A stretch of DNA of 64,000 nucleotides. It comes from Octopus vulgaris (lineage: Eukaryota). The stretch spans positions 7,750,001 to 7,814,000 of the forward strand of contig OX597821.1 of the NCBI GenBank assembly GCA_951406725.2, read 5' to 3'. The notes beneath the pieces were generated by a model. The model had not been told where the DNA came from. It worked only from the letters and a program-made list of their open reading frames with translations, and made no database searches. Every line of letters begins with the position of its first letter. The stretch's first letter is position 1. The position numbers were made by a program, and so were the translations under genes. Shown here one piece after another: positions 1-13,010 of this stretch.

Positions 1-3000
1 CAATGCTGACATATTGATATCCCAATTAAAAATATTATGGTTTGAACAAAAATCAAGTCCATGGAGATAAGATATGAATGTATAGAACATTTTAGAAGTA
101 AACAACCAGCACATGAATCTCTTGAGAAATACAAGGCCAATATTGGTTTCACAAGAATCACTCGTTTTTATCTGCAAGTGACTCTAGACTGCTGGTGGCA
201 TAAAGAGTGGAAACATTCACACACCAACATACTAAGATTTATAAGTAATCTCACACAATGAACCAAGTTTACTAATTTTAATATGTAAACTTCAACTTAA
301 TATGACAGGGTCATTCCATACACAAAAAGAAAAGTAACAAAAAAAAAAAGTCACTATCAATATGTTTAATAATTATTTAGTTAACTACAAAGTTTTAGAT
401 ATTCAAAGAGATTACAGAACTGAAGGCTACAAAACATACTAAAACATAATGTTATTTTAGCAAGATTGTATTAATTTAAAATAATTGTCAATGTTAATAA
501 AAGATGTTAACTGAGAACAATAGAAATTGCCGTTTAGTGCCAACTGAATATTTTAAGTTAAATATCTTTGTAACATCAACTGATATTAGTTTGGTTTTGT
601 CAGTTTTAATATGAGCCACAAGGAATAATTATGCAAAATATTAAAATTGCACATAATATAAATTCAATTGTAAAAGAAAATGGGCTCGTTAGCTTTGATT
701 TATTGTTTTGATTTTTTACTTAAATTTGATTATAAATAAGTTGCAGAAGTTTCTATTAAAAGTGAAATTACAAGTGAAAAATGTAAACTACAGCTAAAAG
801 TAGTTCTAAAAATTAAACATGGCAAAATTACTTACATGCAGATGGAATATCATTCAAAAAAGATTCTAAAAGTTGACACGACTAATACATTATTATCATA
901 TGCAAATATTTTAAACTAACAACTATTAAGAAATTATAGAAATATAAGGCATTAAATTTAACATTTAATATTAACTTTTAATAAAAACTTAACTAAATAT
1001 CTATATATTTATGTGGAACCTTTTTTAAAAAAAAAAGATTAAAAAATGAAAATTACAAAATTTTCTAACAGTTATTATTGTTATTATTATTATGACATGG
1101 AATGGAATGACCCCAATTAGATTATCATGTAAAAACCCTAACAAAGTTCATTCAAACAAAAGATACAGAAGAAACAAATACCAGTCACTGATATAGCCTA
1201 TTGGCTATGTATGCGCCAGAGCAATTCGTCTGGAATGGCTGACGAAATATCCATAACTCAATGCAACTGAGACTGCACATCGACAAATTCAACCTCGGGC
1301 CTTACTTGACTGTAACTGCAAGGCTTTCTTTTGAAAGGGACATAAAATTATTCATCAGAAAAATATTGAAACTCAAACACTTTTTAAATAGTTAGAACAT
1401 CATAAAAATTGGGTTGACTTGCAGTTCACCAGCCTCTTGTGTTAAATACAACATCACAGATAGAACAGCTGCTCTAACAAGTTTTAAACCTATTCTAGAT
1501 ACATATATATATATACATATGAGAGTTACAACTATGAAGATTACTAACTAATAAAATACACTTAAATTATTTAGATGGAAACTGATAATAATTATTACTT
1601 TCTTATTTAAAGTTCATTACAATGATATTTTTAAAATTGTTCATTTATTTACAGTTCCTCAATAAAGCTAATTATAAAATTATGCTTAATATAAACATTT
1701 ACTTAGAATTTAATAAACTTATTTAAAAAAATTAAGGAAATGAATTATCATAGATACTATATTTTATCTCATTTAACAGTTAACAGAAATAACTAAAAAC
1801 CTAGTAAAAATTCATTTTAAATATTAAAAGTATGTGATGTATAAAATATTTATATGTAAAAAAAAAAAAGCAAAAGAAAAATTTAAAAAATAAAAAACTT
1901 ATCTCTAGCGACTGGCAAACTGCAATCTACCCAAACATTCTTATGAACACTTACAATTTTAACAAATGTGAGAACAGTTACAAAATTACTTCAGTGAAAA
2001 GCTTATTGGAATGAGTTACACTTATTAAGAAGTAGATTGGTTCTTTACTGAGAAATTGCCAGGTACATAGCATAATGAGGGATTTACAAAAGATGAATTA
2101 TATAGTTAGATTACTATTACTCTCAAGATAAAGTGCACATTTAGTAAGTAATATTACAGAATTCCAAACCGTTAATATTTCACGGGGGGGAAAAAAATGT
2201 GACAATTACTGAAAATACTAATGACCTTTACTGACTTACTAATTGCTTGTGTAACTAAAAAATTTCATATCATGCAACAATATTTATTATTATTATTTAT
2301 TATTATCATTATTATATAACCAAGTAATGTCAGTTAATAGAGGTTGAATCAGTTGCCTTATCTGTGATTAAAATATTTAATACAAAAATAAGAAAAAATA
2401 TTTTATAAAAAGACACAGGTGTATGTTGCATTGGAAATACAAGATATATATATATATCATTAATGTGAAAGCACTTAACATGTAGAACAATGGAATCCAA
2501 TGCATTAAACATGGGTGAGATAGCAAAAAAAAGAAATATATATATACATGTTCACATAGCCTTCAACTTTCAGCTCATTATGATTAATGATCGTTATTAT
2601 TATCATCATTATTATAAGTAAAATGAGTCTGGGAGTCAAACATAAGAACTAACAGAGTATAACATTTTAGAAAATACAAGAAGGCATGAAAAATGTTATT
2701 TGGAGAAGATTCCTGAAAACAATAGATATCATTAGATTATATATAATAAAAACAAAAAGAAAAGGTTTTTTTTTTCAACCCAGACTGCAAGCAGAAGCTG
2801 AAAGGAAACAAGGAATCGGCCAATTCAAAAGTTGTTTCATATAATAGACATACTTTTTTTTTCTTTTTTACATTATTTTGATATATATATACTCTGTATA
2901 CTCGTTTCCTAGTCAAAGATGGGCTAAAACATTCATTAAATTTATCTGTTCAAGCAATTATGTTTCTCTTTGGAATTTGAGGAATTAAAGAATTACAAGA

Positions 3001-3048
3001 ATAAAATAATATAAATGAAGAACAAGGAAAAAAATATATATATAATAT

Positions 3049-3082
<34 letters not shown>

Positions 3083-3122
3083 AACCAGGTCAGCTGCTAA
3101 CACACCAACTTTAAACACATAC

Positions 3123-3273
3123 CCTCTCTTTCTGGGTAGACTTCTCTTCTTTCTCCTTTTTGCGAAGTTCAGATACATAATCACTGAACATAGATTCACG
3201 CTCTCTCATCTTTTCAATCCCCTTGAAACGTTCGTCTTTACCATATTTAGCTGCAAAATCACTGAAAGATGAC
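3123..3273 (-). CDS. TCERG1: TCERG1 exon: FF2
   Basis: tttttcag|[34 protein letters not shown]...KER|gtatgt. Confidence 0.95.
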
Positions 3274-6200
3274 CTGAAAAAACAAACAAAAGGAAAGCAC
3301 AAAGTTAGAAATAAGATCCAAAATTCTGTTTCACCAACAAATCACGCCTACAACCGACAGAAAAAGCCGTGTTCTTCTGCCATAACTAATGAAAAATGTA
3401 AGAGAAATTGCTAAAATATATAGAGATGCAGGCATGGCTGAGTGATAAGAAGCTTGCTTCACAATTACATGGTTCCAGGTTCAGTCCTATTGTGTGACAC
3501 CTCAAGCAAGTGCTTTCTACTATAGCCCCAGCCCAACCAAAGCCTTGCAAGTGGACTTGACAAATGGAAACTGAAAGAAGCCCATTGTGTGTGTGTGTGT
3601 TTGTTCCCCTCCCCAATCACTGTTTGAGAAGTGGTTTGAGAATGTTTACATCCCTGTAACTTAGCTGTTTGGGAAATGAGACCAATACAATAAGTACGAG
3701 GTTTTAAAAATAAGGTGGGGGTCGTTTTGTTCAACTAAAATCCTTTAAGCAGTGCTCCAGCATGGCCGCAGTCAAATGACCGAAACAGATAAAAGGATAT
3801 AGAATTAATAATGTTAGCACTATGATAAATAAAATGATGTCTGTTCTGTAGGCTGTTGCTGGTATGAAGAGGATTGTGCCATAAATCATTTGCCTACAAA
3901 GAGGATGCAATCCAGAAATGATGAAGAAATGCACTATTCTATGGACAAAGCTGAGATTTGAACTAGTGACCTTATGGTCAGCAGTACAGAAACCTTAGCT
4001 CAATATGCCCAAGGAACCAATGGAAAGAAAATTAGTTGCACTTAAAAGCAGTGTATGCAATTTCTATCAAAGACATAGAAATTTCATGAAAAGGAGAGAA
4101 AAACCCTAAATAAATCAAGGCAGGATATAAGATACGTTGGACTATAAAGCTACAAATGGACTGCACTTACTTGCCGTGCAACTTTGCCTCTTCCATCAGC
4201 ATCCGGAATGATTCCCTTTTCTCCTTCAGTTTGCGGTGTTTCTCCCGTCTCTCTTCTTCAGCTCGTTCCTTGACATATTGCTCAAACACCTGTTTACGCT
4301 CTTTGGATGTCAATAATAAATATCTGGTATCGAACACAATCTTGTGTAATTCTTTCTCCCAAGTGGAAAATGCAGACACCTAAACAAAAGAAAAGAATCA
4401 CCTGTCTCAAATCAGCTCAAATGAATTCTGTCTCTGGGGCAAAGAAGTCATCATCATCATCATTTAATGTCCATTTACCATTCTGGCACAAGTTGGGCGT
4501 TTTGACAGGAGCTGGCCAGCTGCAGAGCTGTCCAGATTCCAATTGTCTGTTTTGGCATAGTTTCTATGGCTTGATGCCCTTCATAATGCCAACCACTTCA
4601 CACAGTGTGCTGGGTGCTTTTTACGTGCCACTGGCATGAGAACGTTTTACATGACACCAGCACAAGTTCATTTTGCATGGCACTGGCACCTGCAAAACAA
4701 AGACCTCTCAAGTGGGAGAGCGAGTGGGGCATGGCTATAAAGGACATGCCTATATGTAGGGATGGCCACAATTTTTACTTTTTACTTAAAATCAAAATCG
4801 ATCAACATCAATGGAAATTGCAGCTGTGATATCAGTGCCAGTGGTATGTAAGAGAACCATCCGAACGTGGCCTTTGCCAGCGCCGACACGACTGGCCTCC
4901 GTCCTGGTGGCATGTAAAAAGCACCATCTGATCGTGGCCGTTGCCAGCCTCGCCTGGGCCCCGTGATCTGATCATGACCGTTGCTAGCCTCGCCTGGCCC
5001 CCGTGCTGGTGGTACGTAAAAAGCACCATCCGATCGTGTCCGTTTGCCAGCCTCATGTGGCACGTAAAAAGCACCCACTACACTCACGGAGTGGTTGGCA
5101 TTAGGAAGGGCATCCAGCCATAGAAACATTGCCAGATTAGACTGGGCCTGGTGCAGCGTTCTGGCTTCCCAGACGCCAGTTGAACCGTTCAACCCATGCT
5201 AGCATGGAAAGCAGACGCTAAACGATGATGATGATGATGAATCTTCTTAACTGCAGCAAATTGCCATGAGTCCCAGTCTCTTGTCGTCTCAGTGAGGAAC
5301 AGCATCTGAAGATCCTTTCTCACCACTTCATCCCACATTTTCCTGGGTTTACCTCTTCCATTTGCAGCAAGAGATCAGCACTTCTGTAAGCGGCTGTCCT
5401 TACTCATGTGCATCACATGACCATGCCAGTGCAGTCTTCTCTCTCTTGTACACGCTCAATGCCCCTTATACTATTTTCCTCTTAAATCATTTACACTCTG
5501 TGATACATGCACACTGACATTACCCATCCAGCAGAGTATGCTGGATGGGTAAGGCTTTACAAGTTCTCTGTAGTCATACCATGTAGCATAGCTGTACATA
5601 CACAAGCATCATACAATTTGCCTTTCACTCTGAGAGAGAAGCCCTTAGTTATCAACAAAGGTAACTGCCTGAACTTTGCCCAGCCCGTTCTTATTCTAGA
5701 AGTGATGTGATATATAACTATCATCATCAACATTATGTTATTTGTTTCAAAGGACTGCATTCAATGACATTTTTTCCCCAGTCAATTCATTACAACAATA
5801 GAAATTTCAAAAGTACATCATTTGTTTATTAACATAGATACAGGCATGACTGTTTGGTGAAGAAGTTCACTTCTCTGCCACATGGTTTTGGATTCAGCAT
5901 CATAACACAGCATCTTGGGCAAGGGCCTTCTGCTACAGCCTTGGGCAACCAAACCTTTATGAGTGAATTCAGTATACAGAAACTGAAAGAAGCCTGTCGT
6001 ATGTGAGTGGGTGTATGTGATTTACAATTGTGCTTGTCTGAGAATAACTGAGCTACATACAAGTGACAAAGTTACTGGCTTTCCCCCAGTCAAATGTTTG
6101 GCCAGTTTTGCACTTTTAAACAAATGAGAAATGAGATTCCTTACATAAAAGGGCTGACAACATAAAGAGCAACAAGCCACAAAATCCTATCTAAAAATAA

Positions 6201-9200
6201 GTTCAGGCTAGCATTAGGAAAATTAACGTTAAACAAAGGAACAAACCTACCTCTTTCTCTGCCAACATATCTCTGAACTGTTTCATTCGAATCTCCAAAG
6301 GTACTATAGCCCTCTGCCTTGCTGCTTGAACTTCAGCCTCTATAGCAGCTTCCTTACCAGCATCAATCTGTTTTATGGTTTCTCTCTTATCATCTAGCTT
6401 GCTTTCATCTTTATCAATTCTGAAAACATAAAATCAGATCCACTAAATTTCAATTTCTAATAAATTTTTATCAGATTTCTCACTGTACAATACAATCTTT
6501 GTACCACTGAGGGACACTCTATGTGGTCACTCAGTTTGCTCAAATTACACACTGAGGTTTTAAAAATGTAAGGTGGGTAGGGTTGTACATTGGATGATGA
6601 GTCCTAGATACACATGAGCCTAGAGGAAAGATGAGATGATGACAAATGAAACAATTTTGATTGTATCTTGATCTGAAGCAGGAATAAACAATCACAGTAA
6701 TTTAATCTTAACATTCATTAATACTATGTACAAAAATCCTAATCTAAGATTCAAATAGTTTTAAATACTATTGTTAGTTAGTTAGTTAATTTGGCTCAAA
6801 AGCAAATAGCAAGGCCATGTAGGGGGACATGGAGTTAAGTACAGGGTGGTGTTCATGTAAAGAGTTCAGGCCACTTGAGGTCAAGGGAGGCTTTGAACAA
6901 AGCGGTCGTCGGCATCTTCACCATCTCGTCTGGCAGCTTGTTCCACGGATCCGCAACCCAGACGGAGAAAGCTCCTCTCCTTCGATTGAGATGAAATCGT
7001 CGCAGGTAGAGCTTTTTGGAATGACCCCGCAGCCGACACTCTGGAGCAGGAGTGAAGAACAGCTCTTTCGAGAGGTTACACTTTCCGCTTATGATGTTGT
7101 GGGCGAGAATGAGATCACCACGGCGGTGGTGTTTTTCAAGAGAATAAAGGTCGAGCGTCCTCAGCCTTTCTTCATAGGACAAATTTTTGAGACCATGAAC
7201 CATGCGGGTAGCCAGCTTCTGGACTCTTTTGAGATGCTGTATGTCTTTGAGGAGATAAGGAGAAGAGGCTTGAATCCCGTACTCCAATATGGGTCTCACC
7301 AGCGTGACATAGAGTGGTAGGAATATGGCTGCTGTGAGCATTCTGAATGACCGTCGAATCAAGAACAGAATTCCGCGTGCTTTGTTGGCAGCATGGACGC
7401 ACTGGGCCGAAGGCAAAAAGGAGGAATCCACCAAGATACCCAGGTCCTTTACCTGATCGGTCCTCTCCAGCAGCAGACGACCCGGCTCGAAATCAAGTTG
7501 AGTTGCAGGAGGAGAGCCAACAGGCAGATGACAGCACTTTGACACGTTCAGACATAGGTCCCATTCGTTAGACCACTTCCAAATTTGGTGGAGGCATCGA
7601 CGAAGATCCTCTATATCACCGCGAGGAGCGACCAGTTTGATATCGTCGGCAAATAGAAGGGTGTGTTGCGTGAGGTCGTCGGGCAAGTCATTTATGAAGA
7701 CTAAGAACAATAAGGGCCCAAGCACTGAACCTTGAGGCACGCCACTGCTCGCACTGGAGACGTCGGACCGCGAACCATTAACTTGGACTTGGAAGGAGCG
7801 ATCTGAGAGGAAGGCACCAACCCATCGTACAATATCCGGATGGAAACTATATGCTTGAAGCTTGACAAGTAATAGGCAGTGGTTTACCGAGTCAAAAGCT
7901 TTGGCAAAGTCCAATAAAACGATGTCAACAGCATCACTATCATCGAGGATGCGCGTCACCAATTCTTCCATTACCAGTAAGTTGGTCAAGCATGATCACT
8001 TCGGCACGAAGCCGTGTTGGGAATCAGAGATAGAGGCTGTGTTTTGGAGGTGGAGCATCATACTTTTCTTAAGGATGGTTTCGAACATCTTGCTGATTAT
8101 TGATGTAAGGGAAACCGGTCGGTAGTTAAGCGGGTCTTCGCGGCTCCCTTTCTTGAAAATTGGGCAGATTATCGCTGTTCTCCAGTCCGCAGGTATAACA
8201 CCCGTCGCCAATGACATATTGAATAGACGTGTTAAGGGATCGCAGATGACCGGAGCCAACGCTTTGATAACCCGTGGGTGTATGCCATCAGGGCCGTGAC
8301 CCTTGTTGACATCGAGGCCTTGAATAACACGTTTGACTTCGTTCCGCGTGATGACCAATCTAGGCATTGGAGGTACCGATCTATCAAATGGAGGGGGTTC
8401 ACGACCATCATCTTGTTTGAAAATAGTTGAAAAAGCCTCGGCAAATAATTGACTCTGTTGATAAGGGTCCTCAATCGATACGCCTGTTGAGTCTACCAAC
8501 GTTGCAATCTGGTTGTTCAAGCGGGAATTCCGTTGGACATGGGCAAAGAAGGTTATAAGAGGAAAGAGGTATACAAGCAAAAGTATGACAGTAAAACAAA
8601 GAAAGAGTGGTGAATAGTAACAAACGTAGACAATTTTAAGAGTGATTGAGTGATGTCATCAACAGATGATCTGGGAAAATTGAGATTGATGACTAGCAAC
8701 AGAGAAAGATAAATGGTAGATGGTAATGGAAAGTTAAATGAAAACTAAAACTTACTTCTTTTTTTTGGTAGCAGGCTCATCTTCATCTTCTTCCTCTTTC
8801 TTTTCTGGGAAAACAGAGCCAAGTACTGTGGTTAATTACTATAGTTCAAAATGCAGTGATCAGAGTGGAGAAAATAGACAAAATGGGACATAAAGGTTGA
8901 GCAATTTAGGCTAACATTTTCAACAGCTGGGGGAAGGGGACTATGTTGAACTTAATCCCACAGATCAAAAGTAATAATACTAATTATTGTATAATACTGT
9001 GTAATTATTATATAACACTGTAATTATTAAATAATACAGTACACCTCTGATAATATACCCACTCTGTTGACAGATGCACGAGTGCATTTTTATTTGATTT
9101 ATGGACTCTTAGACGACTAAGACGTGCATGCCCACACACACATATAAATGTAAATGTAGATTTTATATGCATACGAATATATAGAAAGTGAAAATGAAGT

Positions 9201-12200
9201 GAGGAACAACTACATGACTATAATTGTATAAGGATACAAAATCTTCCAAATCTTTTTCATTTCTTGAAAGAAAGTGCCAACATCTCTACCCAACCATACA
9301 GAGTCATCAGATTACAACTAATCATTGATGAAAGTCAGCTAGCTATTCAAAAGATTTATCTATCTTAAATGTTCAAGTCATGCTTTGACAGGGTTGAACA
9401 ACCAACAACCATTCACAACCAGTCAGGATTCACAGAACAGATTATTCTATTCCTCCTTTTGATCAGTGAATATAAAACATGGCTCACAAGACCACCATTT
9501 GGACAATTTTCCTGAGTGACAGTCTCATCCTTCTAGGTCAATCTGTCACAAGGTTAGCCAATTACAATGGAGTGGACCAGAGCAACATGAAATGAAGTGT
9601 TTTGCTCAAGAACAATATACAGCCAGTCTGAAAAATCAAACCCATGATCTTGCAATCATGACTGCAGCACCTTAACAACTAGGCCACACACCTCATACAT
9701 TATGCACAAAAATAAATTTCAAACTACCAATGTTTTTAGAAAGGCATTATGTTTAAAGGGTTATCAATAGTAAAATTACTTTGCAGTTTCTAGTGTAATA
9801 AAGTCACATTAGATGCAGGGCAATTTTTTTGACACATTTAAAAAAAGTATGCCACAAATCAGCAAAGACAGTAATCATATTTCAGAGATCAGAGAGGTGC
9901 TCCAGGTAGCTATTACTTCTTCAAATTGAGAGATCACAGTTTCATTATTATGAACATGTGGGAAGATTGCCTCAGAAGAAAATCAGTGGACAGGTTTTAT
10001 AGACAAAACTAACTAACAGGAGACCCAGGGGTAGATCACAAGTAAGATGATTGGATAACATCCACGAGTTCGAATGGTCTTGCTTGGGGATCCAGCCAGA
10101 TCAAGTGAAGACGGCTGCTTCTAGCAGGACCTGATGGAGGGTGTGCTTGAGGACGTTGCCCCAACAACCCTCTTGGGATTAAGTGGGCAAAGTTGAGACA
10201 AGATGGAAGATGAAATATTTCAGATCTGACACTTTAAGAGAATATGCAAATTTGAGCACAACGTTGAGCAAAATGTAAAGAGATGATATGACTCAACATA
10301 AGGAGGTAATGTCAAAATGCTGGATATGCTACAAAAACCATTTACGCCAATGGCAGTGACACACATTTTCACTTCACTAAATTCTTAGAGGACTTAAACT
10401 TGGTTTAAATATTCCAATAAGCATATATTTACTTTTATCAGCTGGAGAGCCACCTGGTGGACCTTGTAGCATTCGTTCAACATCTGCACGACCAACAAGT
10501 CCTTCAGGTTTTTCCCAAACAGAAAGATGCTGACTAGGATTATAGAAGAAAACTCGGCCATCTCCAGTCCAAACAACACACCTGTAAAATAAAAACATTG
10601 GAGTATGAAAGGGAGAAATGTTTACAATAGACAACTAATTTTAATACAACTGCTAGGTTACAAAGATGTGAACAAACCAACATTGGTCGTAAAGTAATGG
10701 TAGGGGGAACAGACACAAACACACAAATATATATCGTCCAACCCATGCTAGCGCGGAAAACGGACATTAAACGATGATGATGATGATGATATATATATAT
10801 ATATATACACATACACACACACACAATAGGCTACTACACAGTTTCTGTCTACCAAATTCATTTACAAGGCATTGATTGGCCTTGAGTTAGAAGACACTTG
10901 CCCATAGTGTTGCACAGTGGGACTGAACCTGAAACCATGGTTGCAAAGCACACAGCCATGCCTGTATACAAACTTGGCCAAAATCTACATAAATCTACAA
11001 AAACAGCAAAAATATTAGCAATGCATCTCCACATCTTTAGATGTGCTTGTGTATACGCACACACAACATTTATTCACAAACCTTCTAACCAGTGGAGTGA
11101 TGGGACAATGGATTCATACAACTCTTACTGGGCTCTATGCAAACAGAGTCACCTCATTATTTAAATTTGTGCTTTTTGCCTATTATACAGCTAATGGTAG
11201 ACCCATTTTAATAGTTGAAAACTCACTTATTCAAAATCATTGTTACACAACTATTATTACTTGTGATCTTATTCCTAAATATTACAGACATACTTTGCAG
11301 AAAATGAAACTCCAGATATTGAAAACAAAATAACTATAAAACATTTGATATTTTAATTTTGTTCACTCTTTCACAATGAAGTTCACTGATGCTTCAACAC
11401 TAAAGAAGAAGGAACTATTTTCACAAGATTCAAAAAGAACAAAGACATTCATTATACATCCTTTCATCTAATTCAATATCTACTTTTCTATGTTTGCATG
11501 GGTCAGATGAGACTTTATTGAGGCAGGCAGCTTGTTCTTCAGCTAGATTCTCAACCCTCACTCGCTTCCAAAGTAAGGAAGTATTTCTGCTCAACTATCA
11601 TCCTGGACTCACTTTCATGCAGTACTGCAGAACTGTCACCCATTGTTTAAATCAATGCACATGTCAAGACAAGAGGAATACACATATATAGCACAGGCTT
11701 CTTCCTCTATTTCTGTCAACCAAATTCTACTCACAAAGTATTGGTCAACCAACGGCTACGGTAAAGACACCAGCCAACAATGTGTACACAGTGGGCGCAA
11801 TCTCTAAACCAGTGGTTTGCAACTATTTTTTATCTTTTGACTCCTACTTTATTCTCATTCAATTTTTTTAAAATCTTATTATTTTTATTATCAAATAATA
11901 TTAGGAATTATATTTCTAAAAATTGTTAAAATGTTGCATGCATTGTAGAAGCATAACCAATATACTGCACATAAATTTTAACAAAATTGCATATGGATTC
12001 CCAAGGGTCATAAGGACCCCAGTTGAGAACCACTGCTCTAAACAATGTGGTTCTGAGATGAACTTCTGAACCATATGGCCATGCCTGTGCCTAGAAGCCA
12101 TAAAAGAAAATCAGCAAGGGAAATTACCTGAAACACTCATTTATATGAGATATTTTCTATGCAATTATATAATAACATTGCAAATAGTCTCTCAGTTTAA

Positions 12201-12968
12201 TCTTCCCGCTTATTTTTAATTCTTTTTTTTTTTTTTTTATAGTTTTTTCACATGATGCAGATGGATGAGGACAGTTGCATAAAAAAGTGTCTATCACTTA
12301 GAGTGGAGGGAAGTTGTGGAAGAGGGAGACCTTAGAGATGGGACCAAGTATTGAAGGACAATATCAAAATGCTGAGCCTTACAAAGGAGGTGACAGAGGA
12401 CAAAGATAAGTGGCACATTGATCTACTCAAGAAGACCTGCTTGCCACAACAAAACTGATATCCTAAAATCAAGATGCCACATAAAAAGCATTGGTGTAGG
12501 TGCTGGTTCCATGTAAAAAGCACCTAGTACACTGTAAGTTAAGTTGGCATTAGGAAGGGCATCCAACCATAGAAACCATGCCAAAAGAGACTATGGAAAC
12601 TGGTGCAGCTCCTGGCCTTACCACTTCCTGTCAAGCCATCCAAACCCATGCTAGCATGGAAAACGGACATTAAACGATGATGATTGATGATGCTTCAGTC
12701 ATTTGACTATAGCCATGCTGGGTCATCACCTTGAAGGGTTTACTCAAACAAATCAACCCTAGTACTTATATCAGTCACTTTTGCTGAACTACTAGGTTAC
12801 AAAGATGTGAACAAACCAACATTGGTCGTAAAGTAATGGTAGGGGGAACAGACACAAACACACAATATATATCGTCCAACCCATGCTAGCGCGGAAAACG
12901 GACATTAAACGATGATGATGAAGATATATATATCTATATATATCTATATATCTATATATATCTATATA

Positions 12969-13010
<42 letters not shown>

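Noticed and set aside
1182-1358. Intronic C/D snoRNA or SECIS element
   Set aside because: A C-box-like CTGATGA exists on minus (1352-1358) but I found no D box or terminal stem at a suitable distance, and no SECIS geometry.
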